From a virus: 64,000 bases of DNA. Numbering within the stretch: position 1 is the first letter of the stretch; each line of letters begins with the position of its first letter. Under the pieces are notes generated by a model. That model was given only the letters and a program-made list of their open reading frames with translations. It ran no database searches and was not told the DNA's origin. The position numbers and the translations under genes were made by a program. The stretch is taken from positions 93,226-157,225 of IMG/VR virus record IMGVR_UViG_3300005274_000001; one strand, given 5' to 3'. Of this stretch, positions 21,901 to 31,577 are shown piece by piece.

Positions 21901-22959
21901 GATATATCTAATGTAGTAAAAAACGAAAACAATATACTCAAGAACCTTTCACCAGACCTGTTTATATACGGCCTAAGAAGAAAAACATTTTCTGATGCTT
22001 TTATATCTGTGGTAGATTCGCTAAGGAATGAAGAAAGGATTTCTGCTAAGCGTGCTGAAATTATAAGAAAGCTAAACTCTAAACCAATAAACACAGCAAA
22101 AGTTTCTGTTTTAGGCCATAATTACTTTGTCGGCTATACTACTCTACTAATAAATGAAAAACTACCTCCACTAAACGATGCCTTTATTTCACAAAAAACT
22201 TTGAACGATATAAATGATGACGCTAAATTCGTCAAAGATAAGGAAAACCTAATCATTTACATCAACGAAAAAGTTTTAACAAAAAGATTTTCAGAAATCT
22301 ACAATAAATTATTGCCGCAAATACCTGGCTATAATCCTCCTTCAAAGGTTGATGAAGAAACAATAATAAACTACTTCACAGAGGGTATTAAGTTTATTCT
22401 TAGTTTTAACTATGACTATGTTCCCTATCAGTATTGGGTACCTCTTTGGGGTGTTTATACCAAAGAAAGCCTAGAAAACATAAATCTAGGAGATTATGTC
22501 AAAATTTTGCTAACTGAGCTTTTGTACCACGTTCCCGAAAAACAGCAAGATTCTTCAGAATATTCTGAACTGCTATTCAGATTTATATCAAACAATCAAC
22601 AATATATGCATATATATCAAGAATATGTAAAACCGCAAAATTACCTAGTAGCTCAAGGACACATAGAAAATGTTGAGCACTCTTGGTCTTTAGGAAGTGT
22701 TTACACCACAAATGTTGGGCTTAACTATCTCCTTCCAGCTATTTATACATACCTTCCACTAGGAAAAAAGAAAATAATTATCGGATATGTGGTTATAGAC
22801 TCTCCCCTTTCCAAGTTCAATGAGTCTGGTCAGTATAACAAGTTCTTGAAAGATGAAGAATTTTTTAAGTACTTTAGACTTTTGAAGCGACTTTATCTGA
22901 ATTTCTACGAAAACGAATTAAATTTCGTAAAAAATAACGCAGTACTAAGTTTACTGTAG
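18915..22959 (+). CDS. Baseplate hub (gp27/gpD-like) protein, split into ORFs 18915-19535 and 19537-22959 by a +1 break at an A7 run
   Basis: Hub-type motifs span both ORFs (ILSVNTSFSKEGGNFNISF; VFRGHITDISRS...ISIKGRDF; IYVDHLGYL; HIENVEHSW...YTTNVGL). Removing one A at 19526-19532 gives one 1347 aa ORF. Confidence 0.6.
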
Positions 22960-22984
22960 GTTGTTGTGGTAGAATAATGAGGAT

Positions 22985-23509
22985 ATGAAGGAAAAACACA
23001 AGACAATGTTAAACTTTGAAGAGGGCGTTCAAAAAAACGAATTTTCGTTTGGTGCTTATAAGTTGGTTGCTAGAGTTCCAACTCTTTTCGAAGAATCTAA
23101 AATTTTTCTTAAGAGGTTCGAGATTTTTAAAAAGTTTTTGAACGAAGATGAAGATTTCAAAAACTATTTTAGCGATATAACTGTAAAAGAGCTGAAAATA
23201 AATGACGAAGGTAAACCAGAAATAGTCGATGTTCCTTTTGATCCCAAAAAGCAAGACCACATTGAACATGTGTTCAACAATTATCTAGGAGAAGAGTACA
23301 GAGAACTTATTAACAGATTAGCCTATCTTGATGTCGTTATAGAAAAAATTTATAGAGGAGAAGAAGAGCTTCGTGGAAAGTTTTCCGATTTATTCTTTTT
23401 CCAGCCAACAAGCGGTCTTCATTTAAGAGAGATATTTAACCTTTCTGAAGAAATTATCAACTGGATTAACTCAGTAAATGAGGTTGACCCTTTTTTGTCA
23501 AAAAATTAA
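22985..23509 (+). CDS. Tail assembly chaperone-like protein (G form, 174 aa)
   Basis: RVPTLFEESKI...LAYLDVVI pattern; ends in stacked slippery heptamers; lies in the tail module. Confidence 0.55.
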   Translation: MKEKHKTMLNFEEGVQKNEFSFGAYKLVARVPTLFEESKIFLKRFEIFKKFLNEDEDFKNYFSDITVKELKINDEGKPEIVDVPFDPKKQDHIEHVFNNYLGEEYRELINRLAYLDVVIEKIYRGEEELRGKFSDLFFFQPTSGLHLREIFNLSEEIINWINSVNEVDPFLSKN

Positions 23510-24030
23510 TATCTGAAGATATTCATCTAAATGCTATAATAAATGCTTACTTCTCTTCATTCTCTGTTCCGGCAATTGATTCGTCAATAAAAGCAGACAT
23601 AAAATCTCTAGCAGAAGGTGGAAGTATTAGTCAGCCTTTATTTCTTCCCCTTTTAAAACCTTATGAAAAATATTTTCCTCTTAATACTCTAACAAAAGGA
23701 AAGCTAAATTTGATTCTTGGAATAGAGTTTTATTTCGGAAGGCAAAAAACTTTGGCGTTATACCTTTTGTCAACAAAAAACAAGAAGCTTAAAGAATTAG
23801 TTGAAGCTGCATCGAGATTAAAGATTTTGAAGGACAAAAGTCTTGGGCTTCACGAAGAGATAGCGGAAAAAGGTTTATCAAAACTGGATGAAATATTGAT
23901 GGAAATCGAAAAGTTAGATATAAAAGTAAAAACGCTTTTAGCAGAAGTTTCTTCTGACAAGTCTTTGCAAAATGAGTTAGGGGTTGGAGGAGAAGAATTG
24001 AAAACTATGATTGAAGAATTTATAGCCTGA
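23488..24030 (+). CDS. -1 frameshift extension (GT form) of the tail chaperone
   Basis: The -1 frame is open for 180 codons from 23488 (right after TGA 23485-23487) to 24030 and contains track ORF 23710..24030, which has only a TTG start with no SD or promoter. Confidence 0.65.
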   Translation, partial: PFFVKKLISEDIHLNAIINAYFSSFSVPAIDSSIKADIKSLAEGGSISQPLFLPLLKPYEKYFPLNTLTKGKLNLILGIEFYFGRQKTLALYLLSTKNKKLKELVEAASRLKILKDKSLGLHEEIAEKGLSKLDEILMEIEKLDIKVKTLLAEVSSDKSLQNELGVGGEELKTMIEEFIA

Positions 24031-25087
24031 GATCAAACTGCTCTTCTGTAAAAGAATTTTGGGCAAACTTTCTATTTACAGCGTCTATGTAAAAGGTTCT
24101 AAAACCATCCTTTACTACTGATTCTTCGTATATTTCTATGTGTTCTTTTAATTTTTCTACAAATACACTATCAACTGATATGGTAACTATTTTGTTTTTA
24201 GTTTCATATTTATTGTTCCTAGGTGAATATAGAAACTTTATTCTATCAAGATATTTAGCAATAGAAGCTACATCTGAATCAACATTTAAATATTTTCCTC
24301 TCCCCACTCTTTTGTAACCTAAAAGAAGAATTCCCAAATCAATATTCGAAGTATAAGGAAATTCTTCGCCTACAAGTTTGTAGTTTTTATATTTGGCAAC
24401 ATATATTTTTCTTATAATTTTCTTCAAACTTTCTTGATCTTTGAAGTGTATTCCCTCAATTAAGTGAATCTTTATTTTGAATTTTATGTCAAATATTGGA
24501 CTATCTAAATTGAGCAAATCTAACAGATTGTAATTCTTTATTTTGTTTTTTTCTTTCCTTATGATTTTCTCTATTTTGGATGTAAATGGATACAATCTAA
24601 AAATGTAAAAATCTTCTATGTTACTTAACAATTTTTTTACTTCACCGTATTCTTTTCCTGGTGTTGGACTGAAACCGACACCTATGGAAAACGAAAATTC
24701 TGCACCATTTGAATTTAAGTAGTACTGCAAGTAATTTTCTTTATTGCTTTTAACTTCTTCAAAAAGCCTAAGAAGATTTCTGTAACTAAATATGTCTTGT
24801 GCAAAATTCAAATTCTTGGTAGTTAGAGAAAAGAACAACCTTCTCTTTATTGTTTCAAGAAACACATCAAATATATAGGGATATTGTGTTGGTTCTCCTC
24901 CACCAACAACTACTTCCAACACATCGTTTTCATTAAGAAAATCTAGAACTTTTTTTATGTACTCAAAATCAGCATGTTTTCCAGTAATCTTAGAGTTCTG
25001 GTAGCAAAAAGGGCAACCATAATCACAATAGTTGGTTACTTTTAGGTCAACGCTTATTGCCTGGTTTTTGATGTTTTGTAGGTTCAT
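24020..25087 (-). CDS. Radical SAM enzyme
   Basis: CxxxCxxC (CDYGCPFC) and GGGEP; no C-terminal SPASM cysteines. Confidence 0.92.
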   Translation of the reverse strand: MNLQNIKNQAISVDLKVTNYCDYGCPFCYQNSKITGKHADFEYIKKVLDFLNENDVLEVVVGGGEPTQYPYIFDVFLETIKRRLFFSLTTKNLNFAQDIFSYRNLLRLFEEVKSNKENYLQYYLNSNGAEFSFSIGVGFSPTPGKEYGEVKKLLSNIEDFYIFRLYPFTSKIEKIIRKEKNKIKNYNLLDLLNLDSPIFDIKFKIKIHLIEGIHFKDQESLKKIIRKIYVAKYKNYKLVGEEFPYTSNIDLGILLLGYKRVGRGKYLNVDSDVASIAKYLDRIKFLYSPRNNKYETKNKIVTISVDSVFVEKLKEHIEIYEESVVKDGFRTFYIDAVNRKFAQNSFTEEQFDLRL

Positions 25088-26037
25088 CTTAGATCTCCAC
25101 CTCCCAACTCGTAAATCGCATAAATGTTTTCTTGCGGATCATATAAAACTAATTCATTTCCTTTTCTGGAAGATATTGAGAAATTAACATTCTTCGCTTT
25201 TCCTAAGGCATTAACCTCTCTATGAAAAACATTAGTTTCTAGGTTATTTTGTCTTTCTGTTATGATGTCTAGAACGATGTCTTTAAAAATAGCTTTTCTA
25301 TTTCTTTTGTGTGGCTTAGAATTTCCATAAACTTTAGAAATTGCTACTTCATTTGTTAAACTTTTTCCCAAAAATGAATATTCTTCCTCTTCGTATACTA
25401 GAAGTAGTGTTTTTACTCTTTTCTTTAGTTCTCTGTAATTATCCAAAATCGCTTCTTCGTCAAAATTATATGTTTTTCTATCTATCACAGGATTAAACAG
25501 TATTTTTAAGTAGTTGGCGTATATGTAAAGAGGAAAATTTAGTGTGGAAAACTTTGCAATAAATAGATTTCCTTCTTTCTTCATTTCCTCCAAATAAATA
25601 TTTACAAATTCATTTCCAGGAAGAAGAACATCTCCTATTTTTCTAAGTATTTTGTATATCCTATTTTCCACAGAATCCTTTTTTACCTTTTTAAACTTGT
25701 GATAAAAGTCAGATATTTCAATAAATGATTCAACCGCTAAAACAAGCAGAAGAAAGTTCCTTATCTTTTCATTTTCATTGACCAAATAAGCTACGAAATC
25801 TTCTTCAAGCCTATTTAAATAATTAAATGAAGCACCTTTTAATTCTTTCTTAAAGATTTCGTAGTTTGAAAGCTTTTTGATGAAACTACTAGATTTCTCA
25901 TCTTCCTTTATGAACAAAAGCAAATCACCATAAAACACATCATCGAAGGAAGAATCTTTATCTGAAGGTATAACTAGCATAGAAGCAGAAGAAGAATTTG
26001 TCATGCTGGTAAGTCTTATTTCTTTTAGCCTTCTCAT
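25084..26037 (-). CDS. Radical-SAM-associated protein with N-terminal TNSSS motif
   Basis: MRRLKEIRLTSMTNSSSASML; ATG26037 follows GGAGGTG; ATGA overlap with the radical SAM gene. Confidence 0.7.
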   Translation of the reverse strand: MRRLKEIRLTSMTNSSSASMLVIPSDKDSSFDDVFYGDLLLFIKEDEKSSSFIKKLSNYEIFKKELKGASFNYLNRLEEDFVAYLVNENEKIRNFLLLVLAVESFIEISDFYHKFKKVKKDSVENRIYKILRKIGDVLLPGNEFVNIYLEEMKKEGNLFIAKFSTLNFPLYIYANYLKILFNPVIDRKTYNFDEEAILDNYRELKKRVKTLLLVYEEEEYSFLGKSLTNEVAISKVYGNSKPHKRNRKAIFKDIVLDIITERQNNLETNVFHREVNALGKAKNVNFSISSRKGNELVLYDPQENIYAIYELGGGDLR

Positions 26038-26052
26038 GCTCTTCTTCACCTC

Positions 26053-26691
26053 CTAAAAAAACTCCACCTTTTCAGCATCTAAAGTTATCGCTTTGTGAGC
26101 CTCCAAAAATTCTACTACTTGGTATATATCTTCAAAGTGTTTAATCAGTTTAACCTCGTTATGAGGTATTGGAATGAATATTCCTTTAACATTTAAACTT
26201 TTAATGCTAAATTCGCCAAAAGTGTAGAGATTTATATACAAAAACACCTCATCTGTCAACGAAAAGCTAGGTAAATTTAAAAATACCAAAGAGTGAAGAG
26301 TAATTATCTCAACATCTTTACTTCCATCTAATTTTTCTGGTAAGTACTTAATTGCTATAAAATTTTTTGCTATCAACGAAAACAAATCATAATCTAATAC
26401 ATCTACTGCCAAAACAAAATCTGCAGATTGTGTATTGTTAAACTTTTCTTTTACAAAACTGTTTGAAAATTTTACCGCTGAAATCCAGCTTTCGTAAAAT
26501 TCTAAAAACGGATTTTTCTTTTCGCTAATTGTAGAAACAATGTAGCTTGAAGTTATATTTAATCTAAACTTATAAAACCCCAAATTTGTGTTTTTAACTT
26601 TAACATCTTTTTCATTAATTGCATCTATTGCTGCTTCTAAAAACTTTTTTAATTTTTCTCTATCGTTTTTCAGAACGCCTGGTACTTTCAC
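26053..26691 (-). CDS. Hypothetical protein, first gene of the radical SAM operon
   Basis: 212 aa; GTG start 6 nt after a -10 box. Confidence 0.75.
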   Translation of the reverse strand: MKVPGVLKNDREKLKKFLEAAIDAINEKDVKVKNTNLGFYKFRLNITSSYIVSTISEKKNPFLEFYESWISAVKFSNSFVKEKFNNTQSADFVLAVDVLDYDLFSLIAKNFIAIKYLPEKLDGSKDVEIITLHSLVFLNLPSFSLTDEVFLYINLYTFGEFSIKSLNVKGIFIPIPHNEVKLIKHFEDIYQVVEFLEAHKAITLDAEKVEFF

Positions 26692-26697
26692 ACCACA

Positions 26698-26726
26698 ACC
26701 TTACCACACCGTGTCTTTGGTGTCAA
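26698..26726 (-). promoter_or_regulatory. Sigma-A-type (early) leaderless promoter
   Basis: TTGACA-17 nt-TAAGGT (preceded by TGTGG)-6 nt-GTG26691. Confidence 0.8.
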
Positions 26727-26761
26727 GCCATTGCGCTGATGGAAGATGCTAAAATAAAGCT

Positions 26762-27307
26762 ATGACAAACACTTTAAATTTGCTAGCAAAGGAAGTTGCC
26801 AATAGATTGGGATTTCTTTACTTGAACACAAAAGATTTACATCACAAACTTGAACCTGTTAAATTTTTTGTTTCAAGATATTTAGAAGACAGAGTAATAG
26901 ACGAAGAAGACATAGAGTTTCTAACTTCTAGCTACGAAGACTTTCCTTCCTCAAACCTTTTGAGAACTGAAAGCACTTTTTTAATTCAAAGCTTTTCTGA
27001 TTTGGCTGGTTTTGCAGAAGAACTAGAATTGTCGTTATCAAATATTGCTTCACCTTCATCTCTTATAAGGATAGATAACTATTCAAAAATAATAACTGTT
27101 GATGACATTGAAATAATGTTCTATGCTATAGAGGATTATGAACATGTTCTTTTGCCTTATTTTTTGTTTTTTCTTCTTGTAAGTATCAATAATGTTGAAG
27201 ACGTTGTAGATAGTAAGTTAGAACCATCTTCTATAAATAAAGAAGACTTTAGAAAGTTCTCAAAAGAAACAAAACAAAAAACCAATCTTCTTGCAAAATT
27301 ATTGTGA
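26762..27307 (+). CDS. Hypothetical protein
   Basis: 181 aa; TAAAAT (26750-26755)-6 nt-ATG. Confidence 0.75.
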   Translation: MTNTLNLLAKEVANRLGFLYLNTKDLHHKLEPVKFFVSRYLEDRVIDEEDIEFLTSSYEDFPSSNLLRTESTFLIQSFSDLAGFAEELELSLSNIASPSSLIRIDNYSKIITVDDIEIMFYAIEDYEHVLLPYFLFFLLVSINNVEDVVDSKLEPSSINKEDFRKFSKETKQKTNLLAKLL

Positions 27308-27345
27308 AGGACAGTTCAAAAATTTGAAATAAAATGAAGTAGAGT

Positions 27346-27975
27346 ATGGAAATTATAGCCAAAGAATATTACAAATTGGGAGAGAACCTTCTTTTTGTTA
27401 TTAGGGGATTTACTAATGATGTAAGCTTAACAATACAAACAATAAAGTCTGGAAAATATATTTTTCGTAACACTTTTGGTTGGACAACATCTGATACACA
27501 AACCTCAACAACTTTTCTTTTTTCTGACGCATTAGACGATAACGGAACTAAGTATTTTATCATAGAAATACCAAAGGAAAGTTTATTAAAAAACGATATC
27601 TACAAGTTATTTGTTGATGATGGTAACACACAAACAGAAAAGTTTGTTTTTGTTGGAGATTCTTTTACTTCTCCACCGAAAATAAATGTTTATGGCAATT
27701 TATATGATGCACTTGGTAGACCAGTTTCATCTACAACGCTTACATTTAGCGTTCTTAATCCTGTTGGTCATTTTGATAACTCTCCAATTACCAGTATGAG
27801 CGCTTCTACAACAACAGATGAAAACGGATATTTTTCAATTCTTCTAAACAAAAATTACAATTATGTTGTTGTCGTTCCAGAGCTAAATTACAGAAAAGTT
27901 GTAAAGCTTTCTGAACTTCCTAATAATGTTACTTCTGTAGAACTTGTCTTTGGAGAGGTAAGTAATCTATGTTAA
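27346..27975 (+). CDS. Putative structural protein with C-terminal carboxypeptidase-regulatory/prealbumin-like beta-sandwich
   Basis: VYGNLYDALGRPV...TTTDENGYFSILL. Confidence 0.55.
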   Translation: MEIIAKEYYKLGENLLFVIRGFTNDVSLTIQTIKSGKYIFRNTFGWTTSDTQTSTTFLFSDALDDNGTKYFIIEIPKESLLKNDIYKLFVDDGNTQTEKFVFVGDSFTSPPKINVYGNLYDALGRPVSSTTLTFSVLNPVGHFDNSPITSMSASTTTDENGYFSILLNKNYNYVVVVPELNYRKVVKLSELPNNVTSVELVFGEVSNLC

Positions 27976-28358
27976 AAGTCTTAAAAATTGAATTATCTAA
28001 CTTGTTTACAAGACCCTTAGAGGGGGCAAAGATAGAAATTTATCCTTATCCAACAAAGGTTTATTATTTGCAGGACAATAGAAGAATATATTTGCCTAGC
28101 GTTGTTGCTTATTTGACAGCAAACCAATGGGGCAACGCTGAAACTCAATTAGTGCCCAACGATTTGCTTAGTCCTTCTCCCAACTTTTATGTAGTAAAAG
28201 TTATGTATAAAGGAAGAATTTACTATTTTGTAGCAAAAATAACTAGTGATATGGATGATATTGTTTATCTACACGATGTAGTTATAAATAAAGAAGAAGA
28301 ATGCGAAAATCAACAAAGTCTTCCTTATAGGATACTTGGTAATAACTATTACATCTGA
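27969..28358 (+). CDS. Putative structural protein, beta-sandwich similar to the upstream gene
   Basis: RPLEGAKIEI...TANQWGNAETQLVPN...YVVKV. Confidence 0.5.
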   Translation: MLKVLKIELSNLFTRPLEGAKIEIYPYPTKVYYLQDNRRIYLPSVVAYLTANQWGNAETQLVPNDLLSPSPNFYVVKVMYKGRIYYFVAKITSDMDDIVYLHDVVINKEEECENQQSLPYRILGNNYYI

Positions 28359-28403
28359 ATAAAAACAAAAAGCAAATTTTAAAATTGAATAAGGAGGCAT
28401 ATT

Positions 28404-29897
28404 ATGGCTATTGAACTACCTCAGTATTCAGAAACTATAGAAACCAAGCAATTTACAACTCAGTCTGAAATAATCAGGCTTCCATATGTATTTCATGCCC
28501 TTGGGATTACAAATAAGGGAAGTGTACCAGTAAAGGTTTATTTATCAGAATCAAACCCAAACTCTTATGTTGTCGTAGATGCAAACTCCTACAAGGAAGT
28601 TTCTGCGTCCTCTAACTATATAAAATTTGTTTATGATGCTACAGGTACATACGATATAACACTTGAAATCTTTAGCCTTTTTTCCGAGGGATTTTTGGCA
28701 CCAAGGTTTCCTAATCTATATGTGCAAGATATAAACGGAAACTATGTTTTATACAATCCACTAACTACTGACGGCTTCTTTACAGAAACATACTCTTACG
28801 GCGATTCTTTAGCAGTTAATAGACCTTACAACTCTGAAACAATGCTAGAAGTAGACTATTGGTTTAACGGCCAAAAACTAGCCTCTACAGATGGTACATT
28901 TTCTAGTGATTTCTTTGCCACTTTGATACAAAACTTTATAACTTCTGTATTTCCTTATTCTGATGTAAATGATGTCTTGCGTCCTCTTCCTGGTGGACAA
29001 ACTGCAGACATCATAAACAAAATTAAAGATTATTGGCAACAAATAGATAGACCAATTAACGATGAATATGTAGGCGGTTGGGCGAAACTTGAGTCTTTTG
29101 ATAGGAAACTTAGCTTACTTAGCTTTGTTTTAAGTGCTGGTGATAAGATAGAATTCCCATTTACTGTATTAGGCTTCAATATAGAGAACCTTGATAGCTC
29201 CAATAACGCTACTGTAAGGATTTATAATGAAAGCGCTTATACAGACCAAACCATTTCCCCATCCTCAAGTTATGTTGGAAATCTTGAACCAGCAACAAAG
29301 TTTGAAGTGCTAAGTGGAATAGTAAAAATCTCTTTCAGCGGTTATGCCGTTAAAATGCTTACCTTTGCTCCGATAATTAATATTTACTATCCAATTGGCT
29401 TTGATGAAACTAGTGGTTTACCAAATGATGCTTATACTCTCTTCCAAAACCGACTTACAGAGTTTGAAACTTGGTTATCAAATGCTAAATTTTCTGGTAG
29501 AGTCTTTAAATATAAGTGGGTACAGCACGTACCAGAAACAAGAAATGTTTGGGATGCAGATTATTATCAAATAACTTTTGCCGATTCTAAAATTCCTCTT
29601 CCTTTTGATGAGCTAAGACTTTACTTAAGAGATTGGTATACATATTCCCAATTGGAAAAGCAAATAATTTCTAGAGTTTGGGACGAAAATTATTCTGTTT
29701 TGGGGCAATATGGAAAACCTAAAGACATGAATGAAATTATCAATAATGACAACATCGTTTATGTTCTAGGACAAGATTTCTCCAGTTACGCTGCTGGTAC
29801 TGCAAGAAGAGAAGCCAAAAGAGAATTTTTGAGAAAAGTATTACTTGAGGGTTATCTAGGAAACTATGCTGGAACTTTAACTTATTCCATAAATTAA
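28404..29897 (+). CDS. Putative abundant virion structural protein
   Basis: 497 aa; TAAAAT plus strong SD (AAGGAGG); two similar beta-rich segments. Confidence 0.6.
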   Translation: MAIELPQYSETIETKQFTTQSEIIRLPYVFHALGITNKGSVPVKVYLSESNPNSYVVVDANSYKEVSASSNYIKFVYDATGTYDITLEIFSLFSEGFLAPRFPNLYVQDINGNYVLYNPLTTDGFFTETYSYGDSLAVNRPYNSETMLEVDYWFNGQKLASTDGTFSSDFFATLIQNFITSVFPYSDVNDVLRPLPGGQTADIINKIKDYWQQIDRPINDEYVGGWAKLESFDRKLSLLSFVLSAGDKIEFPFTVLGFNIENLDSSNNATVRIYNESAYTDQTISPSSSYVGNLEPATKFEVLSGIVKISFSGYAVKMLTFAPIINIYYPIGFDETSGLPNDAYTLFQNRLTEFETWLSNAKFSGRVFKYKWVQHVPETRNVWDADYYQITFADSKIPLPFDELRLYLRDWYTYSQLEKQIISRVWDENYSVLGQYGKPKDMNEIINNDNIVYVLGQDFSSYAAGTARREAKREFLRKVLLEGYLGNYAGTLTYSIN

Positions 29898-29923
29898 CGA
29901 CTTAATGTTGATAAAATGAAGTT

Positions 29924-31012
29924 ATGCCTAAGGAATATGAACATTGCAAAGAAAGTTATCTAAAAAAGGGAGTTTCAGAAAAGAGGGCGAAAGCAATTTG
30001 CGCTGGAATGTATTATAATAGACATGGTATTACAGTAAATGAAGCTAAAAAGAGGGGGTTAAAAAGCATGAAACTTTTATATTTAGGTAGAACAAAAGAG
30101 GCTCTAAAGTCATTAATTTTGGCTAATGGAGAAGAACTAAAGGATTTTGTTATTGTAAAGGTACCTGATTCTCTAAGAAAGAACAAAGTAGTTAAATCTC
30201 TCTATCCCAAGGTAGAAAACGAAGAATATGTTTATGTAGCTGTTCATAAGTCTGTTGTTGATGTAACTGTTGAAGGAAAGGTTGTTCTTTGTCTTGAAAA
30301 GCTCCTTTCTAAGGTTGAAGAAAACGAAACCTCTAAACAAAACGAAGACAATGTTGCCCATGTAGAGGCTGGTAAGGAAGTTGTTAAGGACGGCAAGTTA
30401 GAAAAAAGCTCTGGAGAAAGCGGCCAAACTGGTTCTCTAAAAGAAGAAATTCATGAAGAAGTTGTAGTAACTAAGTCTAAGAATAGTGAAGAAGAAAAAG
30501 ACGATAGCAAGGTTTCCATACTAGACGATGTTGTCGAAAAATTAAAGAAGAAGAATATCCTTACAAATGAAGAGAGGGCCGCACTAGTTAATGCTCTTAG
30601 AGTTATTGAAGAATTCATGCAAGATAAGCTTACTGATGAACAAAGAGCAAATCTTTCTACTGCAATTAGTGATGTAGACATGGCACTTTCAGAAGAGGGC
30701 GATAAGAGTGAAGCTGAATCAGAAGAAAAGGCATTAGAGGCTACTTCTTCTACAGTAGAAGCAGTAGAGAAGGAAGATCTTGAACCTGAAGTTGTTCCTG
30801 TAACAAAAAGCCTTTCTGAGTATGAAAAGTTTCTAAGCCTAAAGTCGGTTGACGGAAAAAATCCTGTTTTTGAAAGCAAACATGATGCTAATAGGTATGC
30901 TAGACTGTATAACCTTCATAATGAAGGTAAGAAAGCTGTTGTGCTTCCTGCTTCAATGAATGAGAAGAGGAAGTACGGTACAAAGGCTAAATATGTAGTT
31001 GTTTTTGAATAG
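29924..31012 (+). CDS. Acidic head-associated/scaffold-like protein
   Basis: E/K-rich, nine K-S dipeptides, short Cys-containing N-terminal motif (EHCKESY...AKAIC); leaderless TAAAAT-6 nt-ATG. Confidence 0.5.
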   Translation: MPKEYEHCKESYLKKGVSEKRAKAICAGMYYNRHGITVNEAKKRGLKSMKLLYLGRTKEALKSLILANGEELKDFVIVKVPDSLRKNKVVKSLYPKVENEEYVYVAVHKSVVDVTVEGKVVLCLEKLLSKVEENETSKQNEDNVAHVEAGKEVVKDGKLEKSSGESGQTGSLKEEIHEEVVVTKSKNSEEEKDDSKVSILDDVVEKLKKKNILTNEERAALVNALRVIEEFMQDKLTDEQRANLSTAISDVDMALSEEGDKSEAESEEKALEATSSTVEAVEKEDLEPEVVPVTKSLSEYEKFLSLKSVDGKNPVFESKHDANRYARLYNLHNEGKKAVVLPASMNEKRKYGTKAKYVVVFE

Positions 31013-31023
31013 ACCAATTTAAA

Positions 31024-31059
31024 AAAATAAGCAAGGCCTGTTTTGGCCTTGCTTATTTT
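31024..31059 (+). terminator. Intrinsic terminator
   Basis: AAAATAAGCAAGGCC-tgtttt-GGCCTTGCTTATTTT perfect inverted repeat after gene 29924-31012. Confidence 0.85.
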
Positions 31060-31073
31060 GTTATAATAGCATT

Positions 31074-31577
31074 ATGACTGAGCAAGAACTTAATCAAGCA
31101 ATTTTTCAAAAGTTTGATGAAATAAAAGATACAATCAAAAATGAATTCTATAATTCTTTAAACAGTAAATTTGTAGAACCCATAAGAACAAATAATACCT
31201 TTTACAACTCAGAAGAATTGGCTAACCTTGTAGAAACTGAATTAAAAAATCGTTTTGATGAAATTTTTCAAGAGGCAGAAAATGAATTTAAGTCTTTTAA
31301 ATTTTATCTGTTTAATGATGATGTTGGTAGAGAAGATTTGGGATTTAAACCTGGTTTTTGTAGAACTTCAAAAACTCACCTTATTATAGAAGGTCAATTT
31401 AGAACAGTAGATTGTGGTTTCATATTGTTTGAAAATCCACAAATTCTTAATAAATTTATTGAAGCTTTTATAAAAAGAATCTTTAGCGCACTCATTGTAA
31501 AAAGGCTAAATGAGATTTCCGCAAAAATAATCGAAGAAAATGCTATAATATCTACCGATAATTATGGTTCAGCTTAA
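31074..31577 (+). CDS. Hypothetical protein
   Basis: 167 aa; TATAAT (31062-31067)-6 nt-ATG. Confidence 0.75.
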   Translation: MTEQELNQAIFQKFDEIKDTIKNEFYNSLNSKFVEPIRTNNTFYNSEELANLVETELKNRFDEIFQEAENEFKSFKFYLFNDDVGREDLGFKPGFCRTSKTHLIIEGQFRTVDCGFILFENPQILNKFIEAFIKRIFSALIVKRLNEISAKIIEENAIISTDNYGSA

